Assembly (NCBI RefSeq): GCF_004010195.1
Contig: NC_057718.1
Location: 57,007,147-57,065,248 of the forward strand
Length of the DNA stretch: 58,102 bases
From: Chiloscyllium plagiosum
Lineage: Eukaryota
Reading direction: 5' to 3'
The notes under the pieces are model-generated. The model worked only from the letters and a program-made list of their open reading frames with translations. It was not told the origin of the DNA and searched no databases. The position numbers were made by a program, and so were the translations under genes. Below are positions 9,961-22,907 of this stretch, one piece after another; positions within the stretch are counted from its first letter, which is position 1, and every line of letters starts with the position of its first letter.

Positions 9961-12579
9961 CCTTCTTAAAGGTACATTAGCCACTCTCCAGTCATTCAAC
10001 ACCTCACCTGTAACTCTATAGATGATAGAAATATTTCTGCAAGAGGCCCTGCAATTTGCTTCCTAAGTTCCCACAGTGATATATAATACACTACATCAGG
10101 TCTCAGAGCTTTATCCATCTTTGTTGACTGAAGACCTCCAGCACTTTCTCTTTTGTAATGTGAAGATTTTCCCAGCGTTCTCTAGCCTTCATTTCTTTCT
10201 CCATAGTAAAAACTTACAAAATATTCATTTGATATCTTGCCCATCTCCAGAGATTCAACACAAGGACAACCTCTTTGATCTTTAAAGGGGCCCTACTTTC
10301 TCTCTAGTTGCTCTCTTGCTATTAATATACCTGCAGAATCTCTGGATTATCCTTAACCTTATTTGCCAAGGCTATCCCATATCCTCTTCTTGCATTCCTG
10401 ATTTCCCCCTTAAGAATGCCCTTCCACTCTTTACGTTCTTCAAGAGATTCATTTGAACTCAGTTGTCTCTATCTAATACGTTTTTTATTTGACTGTTATC
10501 TCAATATCTTTATTCATCCATTGTTCTCTAATTCTACCAGCCTTACCTTTCACTCTAAACAGGAACATAATGACTCTGAACTCATCATCACACTTACAAA
10601 AGCTTCCCACTGGTCAGATATCTCTTTACCTGCAAATAGTCTACCCCAATCAACTTTTGAAAGTTCTTGTCTCACACCATAAAAATTAATTTTAAGGCAA
10701 AATTTTAATCCTTTTGTTTTAAAATAATTGTGAAAAAGGATTAAAATTAATTTTTAATTTTATTATTTTATACAAATAAAAATTGTGAAAAATCATTAAA
10801 CCAAAATAAAGTATTGTCTTCAGTCACTTACCCTGTCTTATTACCCAAGAGAAGGAATATTTACAAATTGATAAATGTAGTCAAGAAAATCATCTTGAAC
10901 AAATTCTTCACCATCCAAACCTTTAAACACTATGATAGTCCCAGTCAATGTTTAGAAAATTAAAGTCACTTATAATAAGTTTATTGTTCTTACATATATC
11001 AGATTTCTCTACTTATTCGTTTCTCAATTTTCCTCTGACTATGGGGGGGGGGGGTTCTGTAATACAATCTCATCAAGATGATTTTTTTATTCCTAAATTT
11101 CAAATAATTTTCTCAGGATGATTTTTCAATAATATCTTGTTACAATAGTAATGCTTTCCTTTATCAAAAGCCACTCCCCCTCTTCTTTTACCTCTCCTTA
11201 TCCTTCTCATAGCATCTGAAACCCAGGTCATTGAGTTGCCAGTCCCGTCCATCCTCAACCAATTTTCTGTAATAGCTGTGGCACCCCAATCCCATGTTCA
11301 CAAACACGCTTCACCTCACCTCCAAGAACCTTTTTCATTTAAGTAAATGCAATTTAATTCTTCAGGAGTTACTTTGTTATGACCAGTCTTTTATAACTGA
11401 ATTGTTCTTTTTAGATTCAAAACCATCTTCAATCTATTTACTCTGCTACTTAGGCTCCCCGCCCAAACACAAACAACCCCCACACCTTTTTATTCTTTCC
11501 CTCTTTCAAGCTTAGCTCTGGGAGGAGGCCAGAGATTTCCATTTTTGAGAATTTGCGTTTTAAATTTTCTACCTAACCTCTTTCACTCAGTTAAGAAAAA
11601 GATTGTAAATCCTTAATATCATTCCTACCAATATATACAATAAGTTCCAGTTTTTCTGTTCTCCCCTTAGTAATATGCTTCAACATTGAGATGTCCTTAA
11701 ATCCTGGCACCAGGAAAACAACATACTATCCTAGGTCCACACTCACTACCACAATCTCCTGTCTATGCCCTTGACAGAAGTCTAAAATAACGATTCTTTC
11801 AAATTTTGTTAAACCCTGTCTAACATGAGATTATTCTTAGTGTCCAAAACCTGACCATCTTTTTCAACAGTATCCAATACTGAATATCTGTTTGAGGGGA
11901 ATACCTACAGGAGATTTCTGGACTACCTTGCTTTTCGTGACAGTCACCCATCTGACTGATCCTGCTGTGTAATCATTTCTCTAAACATATAGGCATCTAA
12001 CTCTGTCTCTCAATAACACCTTGTATATAAATTAAACTACTTTTCCTGATCATAAGAATATCAAGATGCAAAATTTTTATTAAAAAACCAAAACTTATAA
12101 ACTTTAAATACACTTAGCTGAACAACTGATTTTAAAAAAATGACAGCTTCCAATCTTCAATATTAAAACAATACACAATCCAGAGCCATCTATTTGTAGG
12201 ACTCTCCAAAAGCTCTGTAAACAACTCCATTTAAAAACTCATGATTTTAAAAATTTCTTTGGCGATGTTCAAAAATGAAAATCTCTTCTACAAATATAAT
12301 TTTGCAGAGAGAAAAAAAAAAAAGAGTTGTCCACATGTAGGCCTCTCTCAAAAGTCCATTAACACAACTGTTTGAAAAAAAAATCCTTTTGGGGTTTCTG
12401 ACTATAAAAGAACCAAAAACAGAATCAAAATAAAAATCTTGTACTACTGAAATATACTAACTAAGAAATCCAGAAGTAAATCTAGCAATAAGCCTACAAT
12501 CTCAGGAGCAGCTGCAAGATCCACACTAGTCTCAGTCCACCATTTTAGAATTCCTATTCCTCATGTTGAACTTGCATAC

Positions 12580-12890
12580 TAAAGTTCTTTGAAAATGTAA
12601 CAAGTGGTGGGTAATGGGGATCCCATAAATACAGCATATCTGAATTCCAGAAGGCATTTGATAAGGTTCCTCACAAAAGATTAATATCCAAGGTAAGATC
12701 ACATGGGGTTTGAGGAAATATATTCTTTTGGATAGAAGTTTAGCTAACCAACAGAAAGTAAAGTCAGGATAAATGGGTCTTTTTCTGTTTGGCAAATGTA
12801 ACTAGTGGGATGCTACAGGGTACAGTCCTCAGTACCCAACTATTTGCAATTCATACACATTATCTGAATAGAGAATGTACCACAGCCAGA
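12580..12890 (+). mobile_element. CR1 RT fragment
   Basis: FQKAFDKVPHKRL and VTSGMLQGTVLS motifs. Confidence 0.75.
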
Positions 12891-12902
12891 CCTAGTGCAA
12901 TG

Positions 12903-13280
12903 ATGATGTGGAGTTGCCAGTGATAGATTGGGGTAGATAAGTCAAAAATCACATCACATCACACCAGGCTTTAGTCCAGCAGGTTTATTTGCAATTGCAA
13001 ACTTTTGAAGCCTCTGCTCCTTCCTTAGGCAGCTAGAGAGAATACATTGGACATAGAATTTATAAACAAAAAGATCAAAGGGTCATATAACTTATGCAAG
13101 TGTAATGAATAAACTTAGTTGGCAATTAAGTCTTTACATCAGTTAGAATAAAGATGCAGGTTTTGATTAATACATAAATCCCAGAATTTCTTTGGTCACT
13201 GCCCCAAGGTAGCTTCAGGTTTTATCAGAATAAAAGGTGACATCTCATGTTAGACAATACTTTTTAGATATGAGGCCATG
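12903..13280 (-). mobile_element. Decayed Penelope terminus (same family as 9214-9430)
   Basis: gatgtggagttgccagtg..aaaaatcac..caccagg..agtccagcaggtttatttg matches the 9.2-9.4 kb arms. Confidence 0.6.
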
Positions 13281-14039
13281 TTTCAACTCATGGGCATTTA
13301 TTGCCCATCCGCAATTAAGTTGACTGGCATTTCCAAGTGCAGTTAAAAGTCAACCATATTGCTGTTGGTCTGGAGTTAAAATGTAGACCAGACCAGGCAA
13401 GGACAACAAATTTCCTTCCCTATAAATTGACACTGGATTTCTGAAAAATTTACAATGCTTACATAACACTTTTAGCTAGCTTTGAAATCCAGCTTTTCAC
13501 ACATCCAAATATTCAATGCCCAGAGTATTAGCCTGGCTCTTAGGATTATTAGTCTATACCACTTCCTTATTTTGCCTTTACTTGGGATTTCTCCAAGCAA
13601 TGAAAAAAGTTGTTTAAATTTATTATATCAATGTATAATTCAAAATTTCCAAGTTAGTGAAAGTGGAGCCTTCAAATTAGGTGGGAAACTGATGGAACCT
13701 AGGTAATTTCAACATTCAAACAAAAAACACTTTTCCAAATAATTATTAATTTGCTGCACCTTAAGTGTCTAATCAACCAGCTGCATTTGACCAATGAACA
13801 GATTGCTAGCTGTCCACTTATGTAATATGATAACATCATTGGAGAACTAGACCAGTAACATTTTTGGTGTACAGCTCTGATCCATAAAACTGTCCCCTTT
13901 ATTTTCAGCATTTTATGGAGCTCTTTGGAGTAGGGGAACATTCTAATAAACATGCAAGAGATATTGTGCCAATTCATTTTTATATACACAAGTCTTACAG
14001 CTAACTAGTATATCCAATTCTGTGACTTAATACTCTCCA

Positions 14040-14592
14040 TACCAAGGCCATCTACTTTCAACTCCTATAATGTCCATCTCCACTGCACAGCATATTCATC
14101 CATGCATTTATTATCTCTATTTTGGATATTCTTATGCTCTCCTGGTTGGCCTTTGATCTTGTGTAAATTCTACTAGCGTAATCTGAACTCATAACTCATT
14201 ATCTAATGCTGATAGGCATTCTTTGAATGCCTTTACTGATCATGCTGGAGACCAGATTCATCAATGTCTTCACTTCCACACCCAATTCTAAGATCTTTCT
14301 ACTCTACAAACCTCCAACAGCTTTATTCTTTCAATTCTGGTCTCCTGAATCCTTGACATTCTTTATTCCACCACTGATAGCCAGGGCCTCTCAGCTGTCC
14401 AAACTTTCCACTCAAAGATTCCATCCCTAAAGCTCTTCACCTCTTGCCTTCTTTAAAATGTCCTTTAAGATCTACCTCACTGAAAGTTGTGTGTATGCTT
14501 TTGTTGGATCACTATCAAATTGTTGTTAGATTGTGCCCATGAAGCACTTTGGGACATTAAGCTATTGGTACCATGTAAATTTAAGCTGTTGT
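14040..14592 (+). mobile_element. L2 LINE 3' fragment
   Basis: IHAFIISILDY..ALLVG-like segment and L2 tail gaagcactttgggac..taaatttaagctgttgt. Confidence 0.6.
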
Positions 14593-14961
14593 ATACAACT
14601 TTGCTTTGTCTATTGCTCCACTCAAATTGCCAATCAGCAGGGTGGTAATATTATAACACAGGGAAAGAGGCTTCTAGCATGGTAAGATATGGTTTATTAG
14701 TTGACTATAGTGCTTGCTCCTACCATTTTGCTATAGGTAGAAATCTACTACATGTGACTTTGGAATCAATCTGCTGCAAGCACACAGTCTGTCAGCTGTG
14801 TCCTAATGATCTTAGCCAGCTTGCTCATATTTTGGTACCTCCAAATCATTTTCGCAACCCTGAAATTCCCAATCCCAAGTAATTTTATAATCACACTGCC
14901 TTCAAGTGGTGTTCAATGGGTCTTAAAAGTTATTCAACAGTGGGAGAGGATATTCAACAGT

Positions 14962-15288
14962 GGGCGGCATGGTGGCACAGTGGTTAGCACTGTTGCCTCA
15001 CAGCGCCAGAGATCCGGGTTCAATTCCCACCTCAGGCGACTGACTGTGTGGAGTTTGCACGTTCTCCCAGTGTCTGCGTGGATTTCCTCCGGGTGCTCCG
15101 GTTTCCTCCCACAGTCCAAAGATGTGCAGGTCAGGTGAATTGGCCATGCTAAATTGCCCGTAGTGTTAGGTAAGGGGTAAATGTAAGGGTATGGGTAGGT
15201 TGCGCTTCGGCGGGGTGGTGTGGACTTGTTGGGCCGAAGGGCCTGTTTCCACACTAAGTAATCTAATCTAAAGTAATCTAATCTAATC
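14962..15288 (+). mobile_element. HE1 SINE
   Basis: Near-identical to 9640-9960. Confidence 0.93.
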
Positions 15289-16372
15289 ATTGGTGATCTG
15301 GATGTCTCTTTGTTCAAGTTTGACTCCATACAACATGATTCAGGGCAAAGTTAATAATTTTCAGGCTAATTTGCCCAAATGTAAACCATTATGTACCCAC
15401 CTTTGCTGGGTTATCCTAAAAAAAAAACATAGCCAGATTTGGAGGAGGAACTGGAGGCATTATATCCATTTTCTTTACAAAACCTTTGCAGGCCTAGTAA
15501 TCCTGGCCTGAAACCAAACAAATTAGTTCCATATGCCCTTAACACTATGCTATCATACTTGTTAAGAACTTCTAATTGAACCTTTACGAAAATTACCTGG
15601 GAAAAAAAATTACAAATCTGAAGTTGTGTTTATCTAGAAAATACACAGCAAGAGCCCAAGGTATTTAAAGAACAGAACAATGTTTTCCTCATGTAACTGC
15701 CAAAATTTTCCAGGATGTATAGGATTAACAATTTAATGGAGATCCTAACATCACACTCCCGAGATGGTCACTCAAATTGAATACAATGGTGCACAGATGT
15801 TGCTGTAATTCAAACGCACACCAGACCTCTTTTACTCAGCTACTGTAATTTCAATGGCAAAATTACTTCTAGTTGAAGAGCATCTGCACATCACATCAAG
15901 AGAGTGCGAAGAGGAGATACAGAGAACTGAAATGCAGAGTTGGTGGTACAAGAAATAGGTTTAAGGGCTTGCCAAAATTAAAAGAATTATCAGGACTAAA
16001 AGATTGAGTAAGATAATGTGACAGATCAGGTGCATGATACTAATGTAACTGCAGTGAAGAGGGAAGTGAAATACAAAATCAACCAAAGCAAAGCAGTGAT
16101 GGCTTACAAAGCTCAAATGTTGAAGACCAAGATTGAAGCAAATCCAGTGATTTGTAAATAATGTAAGCAATTTTGAAAACATCTGGATTCACAGTCAAGA
16201 TTGCCAATTCACAGCAGAACACAATATGAGATCTGAAGGATGCAGAGGGATTCCATTCAGATGGTGTTTCTGGAATATTGGAAAAGCTATGAAACAGAAA
16301 CAAATTGCTGGAGAACCACAGGACTGGTAGCATCTGTGGAGAAAATGCTGAGTCAACATTTAAAGTTCAGTG

Positions 16373-17987
16373 GAGAAAGTGAGGACTGCAGATGCTGGAG
16401 ATCAAAGTTGAAACTTTATTGCTGGAACAGCACAGCAGGTCAGGCAGCATCCAGGGAACAGGAGATTCGACGTTTCGGGCACAGGCCCTTCTTCAGGAAT
16501 GAGCAGAGAGTGTTCAGCAGGAGAAGATAAAAGGTAGGGAGGAGGGACTTGGAGGAGGGGAGTTGGCAGAGGAGATGACCTGGGGTGTGCAGTGAGAGAG
16601 GGACTCACTGAAATCTTTGTAGAGAGAGGCAGAGAGCTTCTTCAAGGAAGGCATCCTTGTAAGAGGATTCGCAGTAGGTTGAAATCTTCGAGGAGAAAGT
16701 GAGATCTGCAGATGCTGGAGATCAAAGTTGAAACTTTATTGCTGGAAAAGNNNNNNNNNNNNNNNNNNNNNNNNNNNNNNNNNNNNNNNNNNNNNNNNNN
16801 NNNNNNNNNNNNNNNNNNNNNNNNNNNNNNNNNNNNNNNNNNNNNNNNNNNNNNNNNNNNNNNNNNNNNNNNNNNNNNNNNNNNNNNNNNNNNNNNNNNN
16901 NNNNNNNNNNNNNNNNNNNNNNNNNNNNNNNNNNNNNNNNNNNNNNNNNNNNNNNNNNNNNNNNNNNNNNNNNNNNNNNNNNNNNNNNNNNNNNNNNNNN
17001 NNNNNNNNNNNNNNNNNNNNNNNNNNNNNNNNNNNNNNNNNNNNNNNNNNNNNNNNNNNNNNNNNNNNNNNNNNNNNNNNNNNNNNNNNNNNNNNNNNNN
17101 NNNNNNNNNNNNNNNNNNNNNNNNNNNNNNNNNNNNNNNNNNNNNNNNNNNNNNNNNNNNNNNNNNNNNNNNNNNNNNNNNNNNNNNNNNNNNNNNNNNN
17201 NNNNNNNNNNNNNNNNNNNNNNNNNNNNNNNNNNNNNNNNNNNNNNNNNNNNNNNNNNNNNNNNNNNNNNNNNNNNNNNNNNNNNNNNNNNNNNNNNNNN
17301 NNNNNNNNNNNNNNNNNNNNNNNNNNNNNNNNNNNNNNNNNNNNNNNNNNNNNNNNNNNNNNNNNNNNNNNNNNNNNNNNNNNNNNNNNNNNNNNNNNNN
17401 NNNNNNNNNNNNNNNNNNNNNNNNNNNNNNNNNNNNNNNNNNNNNNNNNNNNNNNNNNNNNNNNNNNNNNNNNNNNNNNNNNNNNNNNNNNNNNNNNNNN
17501 NNNNNNNNNNNNNNNNNNNNNNNNNNNNNNNNNNNNNNNNNNNNNNNNNNNNNNNNNNNNNNNNNNNNNNNNNNNNNNNNNNNNNNNNNNNNNNNNNNNN
17601 NNNNNNNNNNNNNNNNNNNNNNNNNNNNNNNCCATGCGGGTGCCTATGGCTACTCCTTTTGTTTGGAGAAAGTGGGAGGATTGGAAAGAAAAGTTGTTCA
17701 GGGTGAGGACCAGTTCGGTCAGTCGAAGGAGGGTGTCGGTGGAAGGGTACTGGGTGGTACGGCGGGAAAGGCAGAAGCGGAGTGCTTTGAGTCCTTCGTG
17801 ATGGGGGATGGAGGTGTACAGGGACTGGGTGTCCATGGTGAAGATGAGGCGTTGGGGACCGGGGAAGCGGAAATCCTGGAGGAGGTGGAGGGCGTGGGTG
17901 GTGTCACGAACGTAGGTGGGGAGTTCTTGGACTAATGGGGACAGGACCGTGTCGAGGTATGCCGAGATGAGTTCGGTTGGGCAGGAG
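16373..17987 (-). mobile_element. Young Penelope-like element with tandem pLTR (spans a gap)
   Basis: [53 protein letters not shown]; terminal direct repeat at 16372-16428 and 16692-16748. Confidence 0.85.
16465..16500 (-). ncRNA. Best-preserved minimal type I hammerhead motif
   Basis: AUUC-CUGAAGA-A-GGGC-CUGU-GCCC-GAAA-CG-UC-GAAU: perfect 4-bp stems I and II, palindromic ACGU stem III. Confidence 0.72.
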
Positions 17988-20267
17988 CAGTGACTCTTCC
18001 TCAAAATGATAGAAGATAGGAAAAGGTGAGAGGGTGAAGGGTAAAGCAAGTGAGCTGATAGGTGGAGACAGAAAAACTTAAGCAGAGAAAAGGATTGTGG
18101 ATAGTAAGCCAGGCAAGGAGATAAAGCTGGTAATGGGAACAAGTGGGTAAGGTTGGTTGGGTGGCTGAAAGCAGCCCATGTTATGACAGGGCCTGGGGTG
18201 TGGAGGTGGATAAAGGACATGGAAGTATTTTGGCTCTAATATTGAACTGTATAGAGATTCAAAGGCTTAGATTCTCAAGTGGATGAGGAGATGCTATTCT
18301 TCCAGCTTGGAGTAAGCCTCAAGTGGATCATTCCTGCAGGCATGAGGCAAATATGATGTGAAGTGGCAGGAAACTGGAAGCTCGATCATCTTTATCAAAT
18401 GAGCTTGGATGCCCTGTAAAGCAGGCATCCAGCCTGTAATTCATGTCTCCAATGTAGAGGAAAGCACATTGAGCAGCAAATACAGTTGACTAGCTTCAGT
18501 GAAGTAGTGGTGAATCACTAATTTCACCTGGAAAGGGAGTCTAGAGCCTTAGATAAAGAAGAGGTAAACAGCAAGTGGTGCATCTTCTGTAATTACACGG
18601 GAATGTGCTGTGAGGAAGTGCTGGGAATGGACGAAAGAATCAGGGTGTCCCAAAGGAAACAGTCCATGAAATGTTGACAAGGGAGGGGAAAGTGTGTCTG
18701 GAGTTGACAGAAATGACAGTCTATGATCCTTTGGATGCAGACGTTGGTAGGATGGAAGTGAAGATTGGGGGATTGTATTGGTGTTCTGGGAGCAAAGGAA
18801 AAGGGGTGTGGACAAAAGGATGGAAAAATGGTCAGAACACAGCCTGGGGCCCCATTAACCACGGTGATAGGGGATCCTTGGTTGAGGAAAATGGTGGATG
18901 TTAGCAATCCCACCCGTTGGAGAATGAGTCATCACCCAAACAGATGCAATAGAGAAACTGGGAGAACAGAATGGAGTCCTTACAGGAAGCAGGGCATGAA
19001 GATGCATAACGAAGGTAACTGTGGGAATTAGTGGTTTGCAGTGGATATCAGTGGTCAGCCATGGATATCAGTGGTCAGCCTATCCCCAGAAATACAAAGA
19101 TAGCATATGGGAGCAGTCAGGTCGACCAGATGAAAGAGAGCAGGATGGAATTCAATGGAATCAAAAAGATTTAAAGAAGAGGCACCCATGTCATCAATGC
19201 ACCGAAGCAAGATTGTGGGGAAGGACCAGAGTAGGATTGGAACAAGGAATATTCCATGCACCCCACAAAGAGAGGGGCATAACTGGGGCCCATGCAGGTA
19301 GTCAGAGCCACATCCTTCGTTTTTGTAAAATCAAGGGAGTGAAAGGAGACCATTTTTTTTTTTAAAACTGAAAAATTGTCTAACAGGGTTTAGACGCCAC
19401 TTGGATTGGAAGCAAGCAGTGGCCCAGTGATGTTACCACTGAGTTAATAATCCAGAGTTCCAGATTAATATTCAATAACACTATGGCAGCTGGTGAAATT
19501 TAAATTTAATTAAGAGATATAGACTCTCAAAAGCCAGTTTGTGATCATACCACAGAGCTACCATTGAATATTGTTAAAAACAAACTCATCTTTGGAGTTC
19601 CAATTCAAAGTGTTGCCATCCCAAAAACAAGCACATGCTAAGTGCAATATTAATAACATAAAAAGTAAGTGGTCTGTGATGGAAGAACTGTGGAGACTCA
19701 AACTGAGTTTCATGTCAAGATCACATATCACTGGATTCAAGCAAGCAGCTAAAAATTAAAAAAAAGAGAATTAGCATCCTACAAACAACACTTTTGTTGC
19801 AACGATAAAAAAATTCCTAGCCGAGTTTGAGGAGAAGCTATTATATCACTGGAAAAGAAGGTTACGAGGGAAAGATGATAGAAATTATGAAAAGCTAGAA
19901 AAGAAAAGTGTGTCTCTGGTTGATGCATTTGCAAAGAGCAAAGTAAAGTTTAATCACCATAAAATTGAGAAGTTCGAAGAAGCCACAATCTTAACACCAA
20001 TTTAAACAATGAAGTAAGTCTTGGAGTAATGTGCCAAGAATGTGACAGCAAATCAGGTTATTTTTACTTCCCCAATTTTCTTTTGGGCAGAAAGCTTTAT
20101 CCCAAGAGGAGACAGATATTGTAGGAGTTTTAAAAATTGAATACCGTTTGCATAGTTCCAAATACGTACATGATTGGTAAAATGGATAAAACACTAGCAA
20201 TGGAAGGAGACCCAAAAATAAGATACATTTGAATGAAAGCAGAAGATTTGCTTAAATTACCACTTAC

Positions 20268-20376
20268 CTGATAATACAATTTAATATGATGCACCAAACT
20301 AGATAAATTTTGAATTCGGAGTGACAAATCATTGTTTATTTCCTTGTTTAGTCTTTGATTTTCTGATTTAGGGTTA
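20268..20376 (-). CDS. CCDC88A: Girdin coding exon 3 (T + [36 protein letters not shown])
   Basis: CAG acceptor, 109 nt, phase consistent with exon 2 (AT+T = Ile), GTAAGT donor at 20267-20262. Matches [36 protein letters not shown]. Exon 4 was not found (it may lie in a gap or beyond position 1). Confidence 0.92.
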
Positions 20377-21302
20377 CTGAAAGACAAAATAACACAAAAT
20401 TAAGGTTAAATATTCTGCTTGGACAGAAAACACTAAACACGGCCAGCCATCATACTTCCTTGATAGTTTTTAAAAACAGGAACAAATTAGAATTGCCAGA
20501 GAAAGTAAGAGTGTGGATAGAATATTGACAATACAAAACTGCTAAAACACTGGAAGAATTAATTCCAATCACATTTGAAAAATCATAATCTAATCATGCA
20601 CATTCAGAATCACTTCATGAAAAGATGGAGGGTCTTGACTAATTTAGCATTTTAAAAGAATGTCTCAACCTGCATGGATAGAGGGGAACCAATGGGCATT
20701 TTGTTTTCGGGTTTCCAGGAGGAATTTGACAAGGTACCTCAAAAAAGGTTGTCATAAATCGGAGCCCATCATAGTGGAAACACAGATGGAGAATTCACTA
20801 ATGGGTAGGAAACAGAATGAGGATGAAGTGTTCTTTTTCCAAGTTACTGACCTGTAACCAGTGGGGTTCAACAAGGACGAGTGTTGGGACTACAACTGTT
20901 TACAATACATACATGAATTTAGAGAAAGAAGTGTACTGTAGCCAAATTTGAACACAACACGAATATGGAAATGCAAATCTCCCATCTTGTCTAATTGAGA
21001 GTTTTAAAGAAAAGAAACCACTACCTTTTCCCCTTCATTCATTACTGACCCATTCCATTTCTATCAATTTCCAAATATGATGAAAGACCATTAATCCGTC
21101 AAAGTTAACTTTGTTTTTGCTCCACATATAGACCTGCTGGGAATTCCCAACATTTGTTTCAGATACAACAGATATCAAATGTCATTATTATTGGAGTACA
21201 ATATCATCCAATACCATAAAGCTTAAATAACACAGTTTAGTACAATAGTTGAGATAATATAAAATTTACCACACGACGTGACAGTTTTTAAAAAAAAAAA
21301 TT

Positions 21303-22288
21303 TAGAGGAACCTCAATTATCCTAACATCAGATTATCCAAAGGGGATCTCAAGGTCCCGACAGAAAAATATCAAAGAGCGGTTTCATCCCTGATCGCATC
21401 TTTTGTTTACATGTACCATGATTAGAAATGAACACGGCTCACTAAAATGCTGCCAAGAATAATCTTGGACAGTCCAGGCACAGTCTCTAAATGATGTCTG
21501 TCTGTGTCTCTCTCTCTCTCTCTCTCTCTCTCGGCATGGTGGCACAGTGGTTAGCATTGCTACTTCATAGTGCCAGAGATCCAGGTTCAAATCTGGCCTC
21601 TGGCAACTGTGTGGAGTTTGCACATTCTCCCTGTGTCTGCGTGTGTTTCCACCGGGTGCTCCGGTTTCCTCCCATAGTCCAAAAATGTGTAGGTTAGGTG
21701 ATTTGACCATGCTAAGTTGCCCGTAGAGTTAGGTGAAGGGCTAAGTGTAGGGGAATGGGTCTGGGTGGGTTGCTTGCTCTTCGGAGGGTCGGTGTGGGCT
21801 TGTTGGGCCGAAGGGCCTATTTCCACACTAAGTAATCTAATCTAATCTCTCTTGATTTCTACGCAGGGGTGAACCCTGAATCCCCCTTCCCCAGATAATC
21901 TCTCCAACATTGCCCTTATAGGGCAGAGGTGGAACCTGTCAAAATGTCATGTGCATGCGGGCTCTATGGAAACTTACCCCGCAGAGGCAGCAACTCTGGC
22001 TGCCGTGGGGGAACGGGGTGGACAGGGGTGCAGGCGGTGGAGTTGGATAGGGTTGGAGCAGATGGTAGGTGGGGATGGATGGTGGGATGGAGGGATGGTG
22101 GGGTGGAGGGGTGGAGGGTGGGGGGGGTGGGGCAGGGTCTCACATGCATTGTGCTTTTGCCGAGTCTCCTAAAATGGGGAGCAGAAAACTCCGAGCCCCA
22201 GAGGAAATCAATTAACCGAATAATCAATTATCAAAACGAAAAATAGTGCCACCCCCCCACCAACTCATTCAGATAAGAGGTTCCTCTG
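21303..22288. mobile_element. pogo/Tigger-like non-autonomous DNA transposon (MITE)
   Basis: TIRs (c/t)AGAGGAACCTC..TTATC at 21303-21322 and its reverse complement at about 22270-22288, followed by TA; contains an HE1. Confidence 0.65.
21532..21847 (+). mobile_element. HE1 SINE inserted next to a (CT)n microsatellite
   Basis: HE1 head, V domain and tail; (CT)n at about 21508-21532. Confidence 0.9.
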
Positions 22289-22907
22289 TATACTGCTGAG
22301 TCTAAATTACTGAATTGTCTGATTATTAATACATTTATTATTAAATGAATGTTTTCAACCATTAATGCTTTAACTGTTACTATAGGCCTAAAAGGCTTTT
22401 ACTTTAAAAGGAAATTCTTGCAAGCTGAACAGTGGATTCCTTGGAGGATGATTCGATTTTAACTAACTTCTTTTGTACAGTCATTACAAACTCCCAGTGG
22501 TTTCCCTCATCTCAAAACTACAAAATATCGTACATTGATCAAAAGGTTCCCTAGCAACTACACTGCAGTTAACAAAGAGGAAGCCTAAACTAACCAATTT
22601 AAAAATGGACAGTGAAGTCATAACATTGATGAGGAAAGTCAACACTTCATTACCTTGAAGTGGTATTTCAGTGTTAGACATGTAATAGAACAAGGATATT
22701 TGGTAGAGCAAAGTATTGACCTTCTTAAAATTGCTAAACTAATCTATGTTTGTAAACTTGAAGTATATTATCCATGAAATATATTTCAAAGGGATTTAGT
22801 AACAAAACTAGGCATCAACAGGGCAACATGACCGTTATATTCAACTACAATCTGTAACCTCATGGCCTGGCATATTACCTACTCCACCATCAAGCCAGGG
22901 GATCAAT

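Larger units (their letters stand above)
9110..12000 (-). mobile_element. Old CR1 LINE (RT to APE to ORF1), decayed
   Basis: Reverse complements of GKSCQT..FITS, GDFNF and ORF1-like segments; hosts the Penelope palindrome and an HE1. Confidence 0.65.
16292..19350 (-). mobile_element. Older Penelope-like element interrupted by the young one
   Basis: Tail at 16292-16372 resumes at 17988; TCMGPSYAPLFVG motif near 19260-19300. Confidence 0.7.

Noticed and set aside
13700..13770. Candidate CCDC88A exon 4
   Set aside because: Translation does not match ETLQQLIMMSLPNVLIIGKNPFS and has no consistent splice sites.
19041..19083. Short direct repeats here and at 42391-42425 and 49375-49415
   Set aside because: Two-copy slippage duplications inside decayed retroelements; not CRISPR-like arrays.
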